Below are positions 63,501-64,000 of a stretch of 64,000 nucleotides of DNA, piece by piece. The notes under the pieces are model-generated. The model did no database searches, had not been told where the DNA came from, and was given only the letters and a program-made list of their open reading frames with translations. Each line of letters starts with the position of its first letter. The stretch's first letter is position 1. The DNA is from Schizochytrium sp. TIO01 (lineage: Eukaryota > Protista > Bigyra: Labyrinthulomycetes), in NCBI GenBank assembly GCA_004764695.1, contig SMSO01000007.1, positions 310,001 to 374,000 on the forward strand. Direction: 5' to 3'. A program made the position numbers and the translations under genes.

Positions 63501-64000
63501 ATATAAAGCGCTAGTCGTGAAAGAGAGAAGAAGAAAAAAGAAGAAGAAGAAGAAGAAGAAGAAGTCGGCTTGGCCCTCCAAGCCTCTGAGCAGGAAGGAG
63601 GGCCGTTTCTTTGGAGGCGAGGGGTTCGAGGAAGCTCGTTCCTGTAGTCTCGAGGTGTTTTGGAATACGGTCAATACACCCTCTTCCCTGGCACAGCCAA
63701 GCTCCTAAATAAGGGCACGTCCAGGAGCCCGGCCCTCTTCGGCTTCGTTCGACCAATGGCCATCGATCGCAATAAAAACAAACATAATTATTAAAAATTA
63801 AAGGAAAAAAAAAAAATTGATACCGGCTAAAGTGAACCGGGTGGAAAGAGGGGCGCCTGTGGTGCGGATTCCCCCTCTGAACCCCGCTGTTGTGGCAGCT
63901 GTTGGCGAGCGTCCACGCGCCTGGAAGCTAATTCATCGCTCAAATAGCTTCTCCACAAGTACCAGGTCTCCCCGCAGCCACCTGGAGCACGTGCTCGAGC

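Overview
Intron-poor, microsatellite-rich eukaryotic DNA. The style resembles a protist such as a thraustochytrid, but that is an inference. Ordinary genes: a BAR-like/Pro-rich/SH3 protein, a DUF268 methyltransferase-like protein, two tandem bacterial-type class V PLP enzymes, an XRN 5'-3' exoribonuclease, a TTL-family ligase, WDR74/Nsa1 and three CDF metal transporters. A minus-strand repeat-motif protein running off the left edge is absent from the ORF track. The most unusual part is 6.4-24 kb. It holds six initiator tRNA-Met genes, each with an identical mature sequence, a structured intron, a fixed 14-nt spacer, a GTTCGA hairpin and oligo-T, in two co-varying types. Next comes a ~13.6 kb island bracketed by ~650-bp diverged inverted repeats and filled with orphan or disabled genes, including a 2.1-kb tandem duplication with a hypervariable intact ORF. 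Other points of interest are an XRN with a CCCH finger and a mitochondrial-like C-terminal tail, and CDFs with a substituted metal site and no C-terminal domain. All identities are estimated by eye.
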